Virus record (IMG/VR): IMGVR_UViG_3300049927_000029
Span: 1 to 53,993 of that record
Strand: one strand, 5' to 3'
Length of the DNA stretch: 53,993 nt
DNA from: a virus
Taxonomy: Duplodnaviria > Caudoviricetes
Part shown: positions 8,889 to 17,562 of the stretch, piece by piece
How the letters are laid out: each line of letters begins with the position of its first letter
Position numbering within the stretch: position 1 is the first letter of the stretch
Notes under the pieces: generated by a model
What the model was told of the DNA's origin: nothing
Seen by the model: only the letters and a program-made list of their open reading frames with translations
The model's database searches: none
Made by a program: the position numbers and the translations under genes

Positions 8889-9079
8889 ACATTACCGCAG
8901 AAGCAGTACGCGAATTACGGGAGCGCTCCGGCGAAGGTCTTATGTCCTGCAAAGCTGCTCTAGTAGCCCACAACGGTGACGTAGAAAGCGCGTTGGAGCA
9001 CCTACGCTGTGAGGGCCAAGCCATAGTGCGTAAAGGTCCGAACGCTCGTCAGCCATGCGGCTGCCCCGTGCGCCGCTAA
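8885..9079 (+). CDS. stand-alone EF-Ts N-terminal (UBA-like) domain protein
   Basis: ITAEAVRELRERSGEGLMSCKAALVAHNGDVESALEHLR resembles the EF-Ts N-terminus. Confidence 0.75.
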   Translation: MNITAEAVRELRERSGEGLMSCKAALVAHNGDVESALEHLRCEGQAIVRKGPNARQPCGCPVRR

Positions 9080-9095
9080 TTTAAGGAGAAGGAAA

Positions 9096-9425
9096 GTGAT
9101 TGAAGAATACAAAATGCTTTCGGATGAATTGCACAACGCGCATTACGACGCGGAGAACGGCGGGCTTCTCAAGAGGGCTCAACGGGCTATCGATGTGCTG
9201 AACGCGCCGGGCGTTAATGACTTTTCGAACTACATGCACCGGCAGACCGAAACGAAACTTGCCAGGGCCGAGTCTGAAGCTGCCTCCCTGCGGGTGGAAT
9301 TACGTTTGATGCGTGAGCGCTGTGCAGAGCTTATGTCGCAGCACGAGCCTCTGAACGGTCTCGGCGTTGATCGTGAACTCGTCCGCCAGGTTCTTCATTA
9401 CATCCAGTGCGGGAGGTTGAGATGA
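9096..9425 (+). CDS. hypothetical coiled-coil protein
   Basis: AGGAG SD, GTG start. Confidence 0.6.
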   Translation: MIEEYKMLSDELHNAHYDAENGGLLKRAQRAIDVLNAPGVNDFSNYMHRQTETKLARAESEAASLRVELRLMRERCAELMSQHEPLNGLGVDRELVRQVLHYIQCGRLR

Positions 9426-9532
9426 TCGGCTGGATTTTCGAAACGCTAGGCGGGTTTGGCATAACTTGCTTTCTGATCTTCCTGTTCTGCGACTTGTTCG
9501 GGATAGCCTTTCACATAAACCTAGTGCCATGA
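9422..9532 (+). CDS. 36-aa membrane peptide
   Basis: MIGWIFETLGGFGITCFLIFLFCDLFGIAFHINLVP; ATGA overlaps at both ends. Confidence 0.5.
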   Translation: MIGWIFETLGGFGITCFLIFLFCDLFGIAFHINLVP

Positions 9533-9843
9533 ACCGCTTTCCCTGCCGCTGTCGTCGCTGCGACGGCCGCAGAACGCTTACACAGCTACCCGAGAACATG
9601 CGCAACAGCTGCAAGTGCAAAGCGTGCCGGGAAGCACGAGCAAAAGGAATAGAGCCGATCGTGCATTGCGACTGCGGCGGCACATACCGGGTTGACGTTT
9701 ATCGGCTCAATACCGAGCACAAGAAGTACGGCTGCCAGTGCTCAGGCTTCCCATTCGACAACGGCACACACCGCAAAGGCAGTTCCAGCCCATCGAACGG
9801 GTGGTACTGCATCCACAACAGGAAAGGAGAAGGAAATGCTTAA
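9529..9843 (+). CDS. Cys-rich hypothetical protein
   Basis: multiple CxC/CxxC motifs. Confidence 0.6.
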   Translation: MNRFPCRCRRCDGRRTLTQLPENMRNSCKCKACREARAKGIEPIVHCDCGGTYRVDVYRLNTEHKKYGCQCSGFPFDNGTHRKGSSSPSNGWYCIHNRKGEGNA

Positions 9844-10231
9844 ACGATTGCTTGAATGGTTTCAAATCCATAAGCGCTTCGCCGAACTGCAAAAATCCAA
9901 CGATGCACGTCTAATTCTTAACCGCAGGTTGAGTCAGCAAAACTCAGACCTGAAAAGTGAACTGCGAAAACGCAAGAAGCCGACGGGTGAAAAGCCTATC
10001 TCAAGCGCTGCGCAGAAGCACATCGACAATATGTCTGATCAGTTCTCAAAACAGAAAGCTTTGCACCACATCGCTGTTACGCGACGAGAAGTCCTGATCA
10101 GAAAACTGGCTTTAAAGATTCCGTTCCAAGACTTCATCGCGATCCAGGCAGAAGTAGACGCCATGACCGACGTGGAAGTGCTGGCGTACAAAAAGCCTAA
10201 GCTCGAAATAGCTACAAGCAATAGCAATTAA
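9836..10231 (+). CDS. hypothetical protein
   Basis: AGGAG SD before ATG 9836. Confidence 0.6.
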   Translation: MLKRLLEWFQIHKRFAELQKSNDARLILNRRLSQQNSDLKSELRKRKKPTGEKPISSAAQKHIDNMSDQFSKQKALHHIAVTRREVLIRKLALKIPFQDFIAIQAEVDAMTDVEVLAYKKPKLEIATSNSN

Positions 10232-10236
10232 ACTAC

Positions 10237-10265
10237 TTGACATACCTTGTGCCGCTCTCTACCAT
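10237..10265 (+). promoter_or_regulatory. sigma70 promoter for replication operon
   Basis: TTGACA-N17-TACCAT. Confidence 0.7.
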
Positions 10266-10300
10266 CTGCGGCACACCTTAACCGAAAAGGAACTTGCAAC

Positions 10301-10723
10301 ATGTCGATCGAAGCCCTGATCCAAGCCCATACCGAAGCGCTGCTCGCGAACACCGAAGCCGTCAAGCTGCTGACCCTCTCCCTGGCCGGACGTACCCCGG
10401 TGAAGGAAGACAAACTGAAGGTCGAGAAAACCGAGAAGGTGAAAGAAGAGCCTAAGACAGAGGTGAAAACCGAAGTCAAGGAAGAACCGAAAGTCGAAGA
10501 AAAAGACGACGTGCCGGACTTCACCGCCGTTCCTTACGAAACCGTCCGCGCATTGGTGCTCAAACTGGCCCCAACGCAGCGTGAAGCGATCAAGACGCTT
10601 AACACCAAGCACGGTATTGCGAACTTGAAAGTGCTTCTGGACAAAGAAGACGACTTCAGCACCGTGAACGACCAAGCGAAGCTGGAAGCCGTTTATGCCG
10701 ATCTGCAGGCACTGGAGGCGTAA
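10301..10723 (+). CDS. hypothetical protein with K/E-rich linker
   Basis: AAGGA SD; EEPKTEVK repeats. Confidence 0.7.
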   Translation: MSIEALIQAHTEALLANTEAVKLLTLSLAGRTPVKEDKLKVEKTEKVKEEPKTEVKTEVKEEPKVEEKDDVPDFTAVPYETVRALVLKLAPTQREAIKTLNTKHGIANLKVLLDKEDDFSTVNDQAKLEAVYADLQALEA

Positions 10724-10726
10724 GCC

Positions 10727-11140
10727 ATGCAAATACTTGATCAGAACATTCAAGAGCTTTTGAAAGGCGCGGTTAAATACGAACTGGTTGGGTCGCGCAT
10801 TACCTGTAACCCGCCGCCGAGCGGCACGGATCAAGATGTGCTTGTCTACGTCCGAGAAGATCACGCCGGTATGTTCGTCCACGAGATGGAAAGCTTCGGT
10901 TTCGAAGTCGAATTAGGCGAAGGTTACGCCGCCGATGCCCTGAATTCGGGAGAAGAGGACCGCTTCCAGTCGTACCGGTTAGGCGACGTAAACCTGATCG
11001 TCACTGTTGACGAGCGCTTCTACACCAGGTTCTCTGCGGCTACGGCCATGGCGAAGCGCGCCAACCTGATGCAGAAAGACGAACGCATTGAACTGTTTCA
11101 GGCTGTGCTTTACGGCAATAAGACAGCAAAGGAGGCGTAA
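10727..11140 (+). CDS. putative minimal nucleotidyltransferase (Pol-beta superfamily)
   Basis: LVGSR..TDQDVLV (hGS..DxD). Confidence 0.55.
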   Translation: MQILDQNIQELLKGAVKYELVGSRITCNPPPSGTDQDVLVYVREDHAGMFVHEMESFGFEVELGEGYAADALNSGEEDRFQSYRLGDVNLIVTVDERFYTRFSAATAMAKRANLMQKDERIELFQAVLYGNKTAKEA

Positions 11141-11143
11141 GAC

Positions 11144-12652
11144 ATGGGCGCACATGCACTCTTAAGCCCAAGCGGTATGCCAGCAGCCATTCGATGCTTG
11201 GCTAAGCCGCATCGGGAACGCGGGTTGCCAGACCAGTCGAGCAGCTTTGCAGACGAAGGCACCGCAGCGCATTTCCTGATGGAACAATGCCTGCTCGAAA
11301 ACAAGGACGCGAAATACTTTCAAGGTCTTCGCATCCAGGTTAAGGACGGCGTAACCGAGTTCCATACCTCCGGCCAATACCCGGTAGGGCTCGACATGAT
11401 CGGCCCAATGCAGAAGGCTTTGGATTACGTTCGGGCTGTCGCCGATGGCGCGACGATCTACACCGAACAGAAGCTAAGCATTGCGCACATCACTAGCGAG
11501 CACTGGCACAAAGTCACAGGCGCCGTCTGCTTCAAGAATGACGCCGGTCAATACGTTGACTTCGATAACGGAGATCTGTACACGGAAGACGAAGTAGAGC
11601 CGGCCACGGGCACCACTGATGTTTGGATCATCAAGGGCAGCGTCGCCCACTCGATCGATCTCAAGTGGGGAATGGGCGTCCAGGTCTTCGCCAAGGACAA
11701 CGAGCAGCAGGAAATGTATACCGATGCCGGTTTGCAGGAATTCGACTTCCTGGGCGAAGTCGAAGAGATCCACCTGCACATCCTTCAGCCGCGTTTGCAG
11801 CACTTTGACGAACACGTCATGAGCCGTGCGGAACTCGATGTGCGTATTGATCTGATCCGCGAAGCGTCCAAGGAAATCGCGTTCACGCCTGGCGAAATGC
11901 TTCCGGCAACACCCGGTGAAAAGCAATGCCGCTTCTGTAAGCGTGCGGCGACATGCAACGAGCGTACCGATCACACCATGGAGCTAATCGTGGGCGAATT
12001 TCTTGATCTGGATAAGGGTTTTGTCAAGGTCGAAATGCCGCAGGCCGAAAAGCTTCTGGCGCAATCGTTCGGCGTGAAGCCGGCGGCGATCAGCTTTGTC
12101 CCTGAAGTGTATGCTTCCGAAGAGCACCAAGACGCTTTCTTCCAGGTCAAGAAGCCAAGCATTCGACCATCACTGGAAGCGGCAACCGAAGCGGTAGCCA
12201 CGGCTGATGATGAGCGTTTGGCGACCCTGATGGATGCTGCCGACATGATCGAGGGCTTTGCCAAAGCGGTACGCGCTGAGACTGAGCGTCGCCTCCTGGC
12301 CGGCAAGTTCACCGATGCTCGCTACAAACTAGTCGAAGGTCGGCAGGGCGCACGTAGCTGGAACGACGAGGGCGAAGCAGAAGCCGCGCTGAAAGCGATG
12401 CGTTTGAAGGTCGACCAAATGTATGACTTCAAGCTTATCAGCCCCACAACGGCAGAGAAGGTCTTGAAGGAAGCGAACCCACGCAAGTGGAACAAGCTGC
12501 AGCCATTGATTGGCCGTAGCGATGGCAAGCCCTCCGTAGCACCAGCCAGCGATAAGCGTCCTGCTTTGAGCATGGCGATTGCCGAGCAGTTCGAAGTTAT
12601 CGCGGATGAGCACGCGGAATTTACTGAAGACAATTTCGAGGATTTGGTATGA
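11144..12652 (+). CDS. DUF2800-family PD-(D/E)xK (Cas4-like) nuclease
   Basis: HALLSPS..EGTAAH..EQKL..GTTD..IDLKWG..QCRFCK. Confidence 0.85.
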   Translation: MGAHALLSPSGMPAAIRCLAKPHRERGLPDQSSSFADEGTAAHFLMEQCLLENKDAKYFQGLRIQVKDGVTEFHTSGQYPVGLDMIGPMQKALDYVRAVADGATIYTEQKLSIAHITSEHWHKVTGAVCFKNDAGQYVDFDNGDLYTEDEVEPATGTTDVWIIKGSVAHSIDLKWGMGVQVFAKDNEQQEMYTDAGLQEFDFLGEVEEIHLHILQPRLQHFDEHVMSRAELDVRIDLIREASKEIAFTPGEMLPATPGEKQCRFCKRAATCNERTDHTMELIVGEFLDLDKGFVKVEMPQAEKLLAQSFGVKPAAISFVPEVYASEEHQDAFFQVKKPSIRPSLEAATEAVATADDERLATLMDAADMIEGFAKAVRAETERRLLAGKFTDARYKLVEGRQGARSWNDEGEAEAALKAMRLKVDQMYDFKLISPTTAEKVLKEANPRKWNKLQPLIGRSDGKPSVAPASDKRPALSMAIAEQFEVIADEHAEFTEDNFEDLV

Positions 12653-12909
12653 ACGCAAAAGCTGCAAAACGTATCCGTTACGCGGTCCGGTGTATGGGCC
12701 TTAAGAACGAACCAACGGAAGTTAAGCGCAATCGGATCCTTCCGGGTAGCCCATTTCAAGCGAAAGCTTCACCGGCAACCCGGATGGTCACGCAGTTCAA
12801 GCGCGAATACAAAGCTCTCCCTTTCCATCGCCGCGATGTTCACCAAGAGAGCCACAGCTTCGTGCTTCAAGTGAAGCACGGCAACGCAACACGCAATTAT
12901 CCGGCATAA
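12649..12909 (+). CDS. basic hypothetical protein
   Basis: ATGA-coupled ORF. Confidence 0.6.
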   Translation: MNAKAAKRIRYAVRCMGLKNEPTEVKRNRILPGSPFQAKASPATRMVTQFKREYKALPFHRRDVHQESHSFVLQVKHGNATRNYPA

Positions 12910-12953
12910 CGCCAAACCACTGAAATACCAACGACATATACTGAGGATTTACC

Positions 12954-13502
12954 ATGAAGCACACTTTCCAAAACGCCCGCATTTCCTTCCCGAACATCTT
13001 CGAACCGAAGGCTTCTGAAAGCGGTTCCCTGCAGTTCAGCGCGGCTTTCCTGTTCGACCCCGCCCACCCAGGTATCGCCGGCCTCGATGCGGTGATCGAC
13101 CAGGTGGGCAAAGCCAAGTGGGGCGACAAGTGGGGCGCGGTCAAGAAGGAACTCAAAGCGGGCGACAAGCTGTTGACCCACAACGGCGACAGCAAAGCTT
13201 CCCTGGCCGGCTACGAAGGCAACCTGTATTTCAACGCCTACAACACTGTGCGACCTACCGTCGTAGACCGCGATCGTAGCCCACTGGTGGCCGCCGATGG
13301 CAAACCGTACTCAGGTTCCTACGTCAACGTGATCATCGACGTGTGGGCGCAGGAGAACAAATACGGCAAGCGCGTTAACGCACAGCTGCAAGGTATCCAG
13401 TTTGTACGTGACGGCGAAGCCTTCTCCGGGGGCGGCACCTCTGCAGACGCCAGCGACTTCGAAGAGATTGCCGAAGGCGCGGACGCGGAAGACCTAGCCT
13501 AA
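12954..13502 (+). CDS. single-stranded DNA-binding protein (DUF2815, T7 gp2.5-like)
   Basis: RISFPNIFEP..YSGSYVN..LQGIQFVRDGEAF; acidic tail. Confidence 0.85.
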   Translation: MKHTFQNARISFPNIFEPKASESGSLQFSAAFLFDPAHPGIAGLDAVIDQVGKAKWGDKWGAVKKELKAGDKLLTHNGDSKASLAGYEGNLYFNAYNTVRPTVVDRDRSPLVAADGKPYSGSYVNVIIDVWAQENKYGKRVNAQLQGIQFVRDGEAFSGGGTSADASDFEEIAEGADAEDLA

Positions 13503-13518
13503 CAGCTAGCGTAATAAG

Positions 13519-13543
13519 AAAAGCCCCTTGAGTGGGGCTTTTT
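13519..13543. terminator. bidirectional rho-independent terminator
   Basis: AAAAGCCCC-TTGAGT-GGGGCTTTTT between convergent genes. Confidence 0.85.
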
Positions 13544-13554
13544 GTTGACCGCTG

Positions 13555-16203
13555 TTATTCAAAGGCTTCTGGAAAATCTATTTCCACTTGGCGCCGCATT
13601 AGCAAATGCCCAGTAGCGTTAGGGTGAACGCCGTCACCTACATAGTATGCGGAGTTGAAAACGGTTCCGTCAGGTCCGCCCAAAGCTGTCGCCATGTTAA
13701 TTATACGGTAACTGCCAAAATACCCTGATGTGATATCCAAGTTTTGGGCGGTTACCTGGGCTTGCCTAGCAGGGCGAGGAACTTGGGTGACAAGGATCGG
13801 AATGGCCGCCCTGGCCAACGCCCTGGCAATCAACGCCGCATAGTTTGTGCGGAACGCCGCTTGATCAACATCGTTCGTGCCCACAGCCAAGATCACATAA
13901 GTCGGTGAGAACGGGTCTAAGTCAGCCGCGCAGCAGTCCAGTGCATCCGTGGTAGTGTTGCCGCCCTTGGCCGAAAGCAGTAGATCACCTTTTGCCCTTT
14001 CAGCATCTACCAGATATGGCCAGCAGGACGCCCAAGAAGCGCCATTGTCCGAACCTTCCGAAATACTGTCACCGATGATCGTGATATACGGCGCCTGTTT
14101 GCACTGGGTGATCACGTCAATTTTGATGACCTCCACCGTACCCGACATGTGCATAAAGCCCGGCTTGCCATGCTGCGCGCCAGCATCAGGGGAGCCATCG
14201 CCCTGAGACTGCGTAATCGTAGTGGTTGCCTGCGTTACCGTATCGACCAGGGTGCATACGGTGCTTATGCCATCCTTTTTGGCGGTCAATACATAGTCAC
14301 GGCCTGCGACCAGTGCTGCCGCGAGCGCTACGGATTTCGAGAGCGTGACCGTGGAGCCGGTGAACAACGATAACGTGAGGGTTCCCGCAGCACCGTTGAC
14401 CATTAGGGTTGTGCCACGGGTGCCACGCGGCGGGCGCCACTGCAAGCCGAAGTTAGACGTGCTATCGGTAAACCGGATCCGCGCCCGCGTTACTTTGCGG
14501 CTGGCGATACTGGAATTGCCGTAGTAGGCCACCGCCGTTACCGCACCCGCCCCGGTCGATTTCAGGGCATTGGCGACAGTCCATACACCCCCTGCCAGGG
14601 TCCACAGGGTTGGCGTGACCGATCCCGGAAACGCTTCCGACAACACGGACAACTTGCCGCGCAGAGCATTGGACACTTGGGGCATCGATACCGGGTTCAA
14701 CGCGGCGATGGCTTGGGCGTTTGCAACCGAGTTGTTATAAGCCGATTTTGCCATCGTACTAGTGGACGTCAAGCTAGCTACCGTCTCAACTACAGCCCCA
14801 ATTTGAAGGACGTAGGCGTCTGCTACGGCTGCTACGGAGGCACCCAGCAAATCCCCAGCATAGATATAGCTCGAACCGGCTGCGGCGGTAACGCAGGCTG
14901 GGCGGGCAGTGATGCCGTAAAAGCCTAGCGCGTTTCCTGCCGCTACGTTCGTCAGCGGGTAATGCACGCCGCCAACAAACGTGTTCACCCCGACAACGCA
15001 CGTCACAGCGAATTCTTGCGATAGCCCGTAAACGCCCTCGGAGATGCGGTTCAGCAGCTTTATTTTCCCGGTGCCGGCTGTCATGGCATACACAGAGACC
15101 GACTTCATTTCCCCCGCTGCCGCGAACGTAGCCGCCGCGATACGTGTGCGCGAAGCGTTCTCGGTGGCTCCAGACGCTGGTGGTACGACGTTATAGGTGG
15201 CCTGAGTACCTGAGAGCTGGTTGGCCGACGCAATTAGCTGCGAATAGCTCAGGCCGACACCGACAACCGCCTGAATCTGCATGACGTTGACGGTCGACGT
15301 GACCACCTGGTTAGCGCCGGTAAGGTCACCCGGAAAAATCAAACTCGACGCCGCCGGACCGGTCGAGGTCAGCGATGTGCGCCCGACAAAGGTAGCCACC
15401 GCGATAGTGTCGTCAGTCGTGACATTGATACTGAAGAAATGGGTTCCCACGTTGAACACGTTTATGCCGACCGCCAGGGTCACTGCGAATTCGCTGATAA
15501 ACGAGTAAGACAGCGCCCCGGTTTTGCGAACGACCTTCACCTTAGCGGTGCCTGCCGTCTCCGCATAGACGGTGACCTGCTTCAAGTATCCAGCTTCTTT
15601 GAACAACGTACCCTCAATTCTGGTACGCGAGGTGTTTTCTGGTACGCCAGTCAATGCTGGAGCGGCCCTGAACTCTGCCGGATACTGCCCTGCGAGCTGA
15701 ATGCCAATTCCCTGCACAAGAGCCGTGCTTGGGGACCGGCCTATCTCCACCGCGACCCCTGCATCATTTCGATAGGCGATGGCTAGTGAGTCAGCTGTTG
15801 AGGGCACGGAGAAAAGGCGGTTCGTAGCGCCGGTGCCTGATGTATTGGCTAGACCATCGGCCGTCGTCAGAAAACCATGCGCTAAAGCTGCGGCAACAGA
15901 TGCCGAAAGCTCAGAAGAGATTGCCGAGTTCTGCGCCGCCTGAGCAGAGCCAAGTGCGGCGGATGCGGATGCGGCGGAGGCCGTAGACGACGAAACACTA
16001 ATATCCTTCGCGGCCTCAGATGTAGCGGCCTGCACAGCGGCCTCGCCCGCTGCTGCCTGAGAGTCTTCTAACAGTTGCTCGAGTTCCGGGGTTACGCCCC
16101 CCGTATTTCCGGTGTCGCCCTTGTCCCCTTTGTCGCCCTTGATAAAGGCAGCAACCTCCGCAGGAATTACCCCAGGCGTGCCGGGGATCAAATCGATATT
16201 CAT
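13555..16203 (-). CDS. tail fibre/spike with C-terminal SGNH hydrolase
   Basis: GDKGDKGD collagen start, Ala/Ser-rich shaft, GDSIS..GGNT..GTND..DGVHPN. Confidence 0.8.
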   Translation of the reverse strand: MNIDLIPGTPGVIPAEVAAFIKGDKGDKGDTGNTGGVTPELEQLLEDSQAAAGEAAVQAATSEAAKDISVSSSTASAASASAALGSAQAAQNSAISSELSASVAAALAHGFLTTADGLANTSGTGATNRLFSVPSTADSLAIAYRNDAGVAVEIGRSPSTALVQGIGIQLAGQYPAEFRAAPALTGVPENTSRTRIEGTLFKEAGYLKQVTVYAETAGTAKVKVVRKTGALSYSFISEFAVTLAVGINVFNVGTHFFSINVTTDDTIAVATFVGRTSLTSTGPAASSLIFPGDLTGANQVVTSTVNVMQIQAVVGVGLSYSQLIASANQLSGTQATYNVVPPASGATENASRTRIAAATFAAAGEMKSVSVYAMTAGTGKIKLLNRISEGVYGLSQEFAVTCVVGVNTFVGGVHYPLTNVAAGNALGFYGITARPACVTAAAGSSYIYAGDLLGASVAAVADAYVLQIGAVVETVASLTSTSTMAKSAYNNSVANAQAIAALNPVSMPQVSNALRGKLSVLSEAFPGSVTPTLWTLAGGVWTVANALKSTGAGAVTAVAYYGNSSIASRKVTRARIRFTDSTSNFGLQWRPPRGTRGTTLMVNGAAGTLTLSLFTGSTVTLSKSVALAAALVAGRDYVLTAKKDGISTVCTLVDTVTQATTTITQSQGDGSPDAGAQHGKPGFMHMSGTVEVIKIDVITQCKQAPYITIIGDSISEGSDNGASWASCWPYLVDAERAKGDLLLSAKGGNTTTDALDCCAADLDPFSPTYVILAVGTNDVDQAAFRTNYAALIARALARAAIPILVTQVPRPARQAQVTAQNLDITSGYFGSYRIINMATALGGPDGTVFNSAYYVGDGVHPNATGHLLMRRQVEIDFPEAFE

Positions 16204-16511
16204 GGGCGCGTAACCTTTTCGACGATATTAAAAAGAAGAGTTGACGTAGGGATAACCGCGACTGGGTCTTCACGCCGCAGGCTAATATCGAACACGGCAG
16301 GGCCTATACGCCAAATGCTTGTATCTGCCACCTGGAGGGATAGCGACATCGTAGTCAAGGGGTCGACCCACTCAATAGGAACCTGGGCGATCAACCGACT
16401 AGCGAAATCTCGCAGCTGACACGTGGGAACGAACCCGACGAAGGTGCCCGGCTCCAGCCACTCGGGGAGGATAACCACGTAGTCGAAAGTAGCGCCGCGC
16501 TTATGTTCCAT
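16200..16511 (-). CDS. small beta-rich protein, putative fibre adaptor
   Basis: HKRGATFD..QLRD..FDI..STL..VTR; coupled to the fibre gene. Confidence 0.6.
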   Translation of the reverse strand: MEHKRGATFDYVVILPEWLEPGTFVGFVPTCQLRDFASRLIAQVPIEWVDPLTTMSLSLQVADTSIWRIGPAVFDISLRREDPVAVIPTSTLLFNIVEKVTRP

Positions 16512-16654
16512 GGGCTTTGTGCTCTATAGGTCTTGCGCGCGAGTATGCGGCTTTACGCTGTCAAGGGTCAACCGTGCAGCTTTTGTGCGAGAGGCTAAAG
16601 GTTATCCTGATAACAGTTAATTTGGCTTTTTGTTGACCGTTCGTCGGTATACGC

Positions 16655-16683
16655 AAGACAATACAAGTAACACGTTGTACAGT
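16655..16683 (+). promoter_or_regulatory. early sigma70-like promoter, third copy
   Basis: AAGACA-ATACAAGTAACACGTTG-TACAGT. Confidence 0.6.
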
Positions 16684-16718
16684 TGGCGTATCGAAACCAA
16701 ACAGTAGGGAGAAGGGGA

Positions 16719-16925
16719 ATGTGCAAAGTATGCGACGGCACTGCTGATAATCGCGGCCACGTTTGGCAGCTTGGCGAAGACGGCAAGCCGGACTATTTCG
16801 CCTTCGAAGAGGGCGATCATAACGGGTATTGTTGCATCCGCTGCGGCTATATCTTCTGCCATCACTGCGAAGACGGTCCACAAGAAGATTGTACCTTCAT
16901 CGACCAAGAGGAGATGCCACTGTGA
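16719..16925 (+). CDS. Cys-rich hypothetical protein
   Basis: CKVC..CIRCG..CHHC; GGGAG SD. Confidence 0.6.
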   Translation: MCKVCDGTADNRGHVWQLGEDGKPDYFAFEEGDHNGYCCIRCGYIFCHHCEDGPQEDCTFIDQEEMPL

Positions 16926-17065
16926 AAAACCGTCGCCTTTACACCGGAATCCAGACAACCGATATGTCCGCCGGCTATGTCCGCCGCATTGAGCCTTTCG
17001 CTGTTACCGAGCAGTTCTACATGCTCGGCGACCATGGGTGCTACTGTCCAATTTTCTATCGTTGA
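16922..17065 (+). CDS. hypothetical protein
   Basis: GAGGAG SD, GTGA overlap. Confidence 0.45.
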   Translation: MKNRRLYTGIQTTDMSAGYVRRIEPFAVTEQFYMLGDHGCYCPIFYR

Positions 17066-17076
17066 GGACTTCAAGC

Positions 17077-17193
17077 ATGAATCTGACATTCAGCATACAG
17101 TGCTACAAGAAGCTCCGCGCCAAGGGGTACAAACCCGCCGCCGCGCTATACGCGGCTAGGTTCTACAAATCCCTTTATCCGTTCATCGTCTAG
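17077..17193 (+). CDS. 38-aa hypothetical protein
   Basis: GAGGA SD; read manually. Confidence 0.45.
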   Translation: MNLTFSIQCYKKLRAKGYKPAAALYAARFYKSLYPFIV

Positions 17194-17204
17194 GAGCAAC
17201 AAAA

Positions 17205-17351
17205 ATGACCTTCACCGTCAAGCAACAACATGGCCGCTACGACGTCATTGGCTACGGCATGATCCTCGATAGCTTCGACAGCGAGCAGGCGGCAGAGCAA
17301 GAAGCCTCTCGTATGAACGCGGAATACGAGCGCGTCCTGAGTTTCCTGTAA
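17205..17351 (+). CDS. 48-aa hypothetical protein
   Basis: AGGAG SD; read manually. Confidence 0.5.
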   Translation: MTFTVKQQHGRYDVIGYGMILDSFDSEQAAEQEASRMNAEYERVLSFL

Positions 17352-17409
17352 GGCCCTTTCATACCCGAATAACAACAGCGCACATACGGTAATGCGCCAT
17401 GGAGTTCCA

Positions 17410-17562
17410 ATGACGGCGTTTGAACAAGGATACGAGGCCTTCCTGAAAGGCCTGCAGCGCGACGAGAATCCCTTTGACGAAGAGTCATGTTCGTTCTCTC
17501 GCCGCCGTTGGGTAGAGGGTTGGAACAAGGCATACCGCGCCAGGGAGGAAAAACAGACATGA
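17410..17562 (+). CDS. ribosome modulation factor (Rmf/CrpP-fold)-like protein
   Basis: AFEQGYEAFLKG..ENPF..RRRWVEGWNKA; GGAG SD; ATGA-coupled to phaZ; not in the ORF track. Confidence 0.65.
   Translation: MTAFEQGYEAFLKGLQRDENPFDEESCSFSRRRWVEGWNKAYRAREEKQT

Noticed and set aside
11144-12652. CRISPR-Cas association of the Cas4-like nuclease
   Set aside because: No repeat-spacer array or cas genes are seen; DUF2800-SSB-PolA is an ordinary phage replication module.
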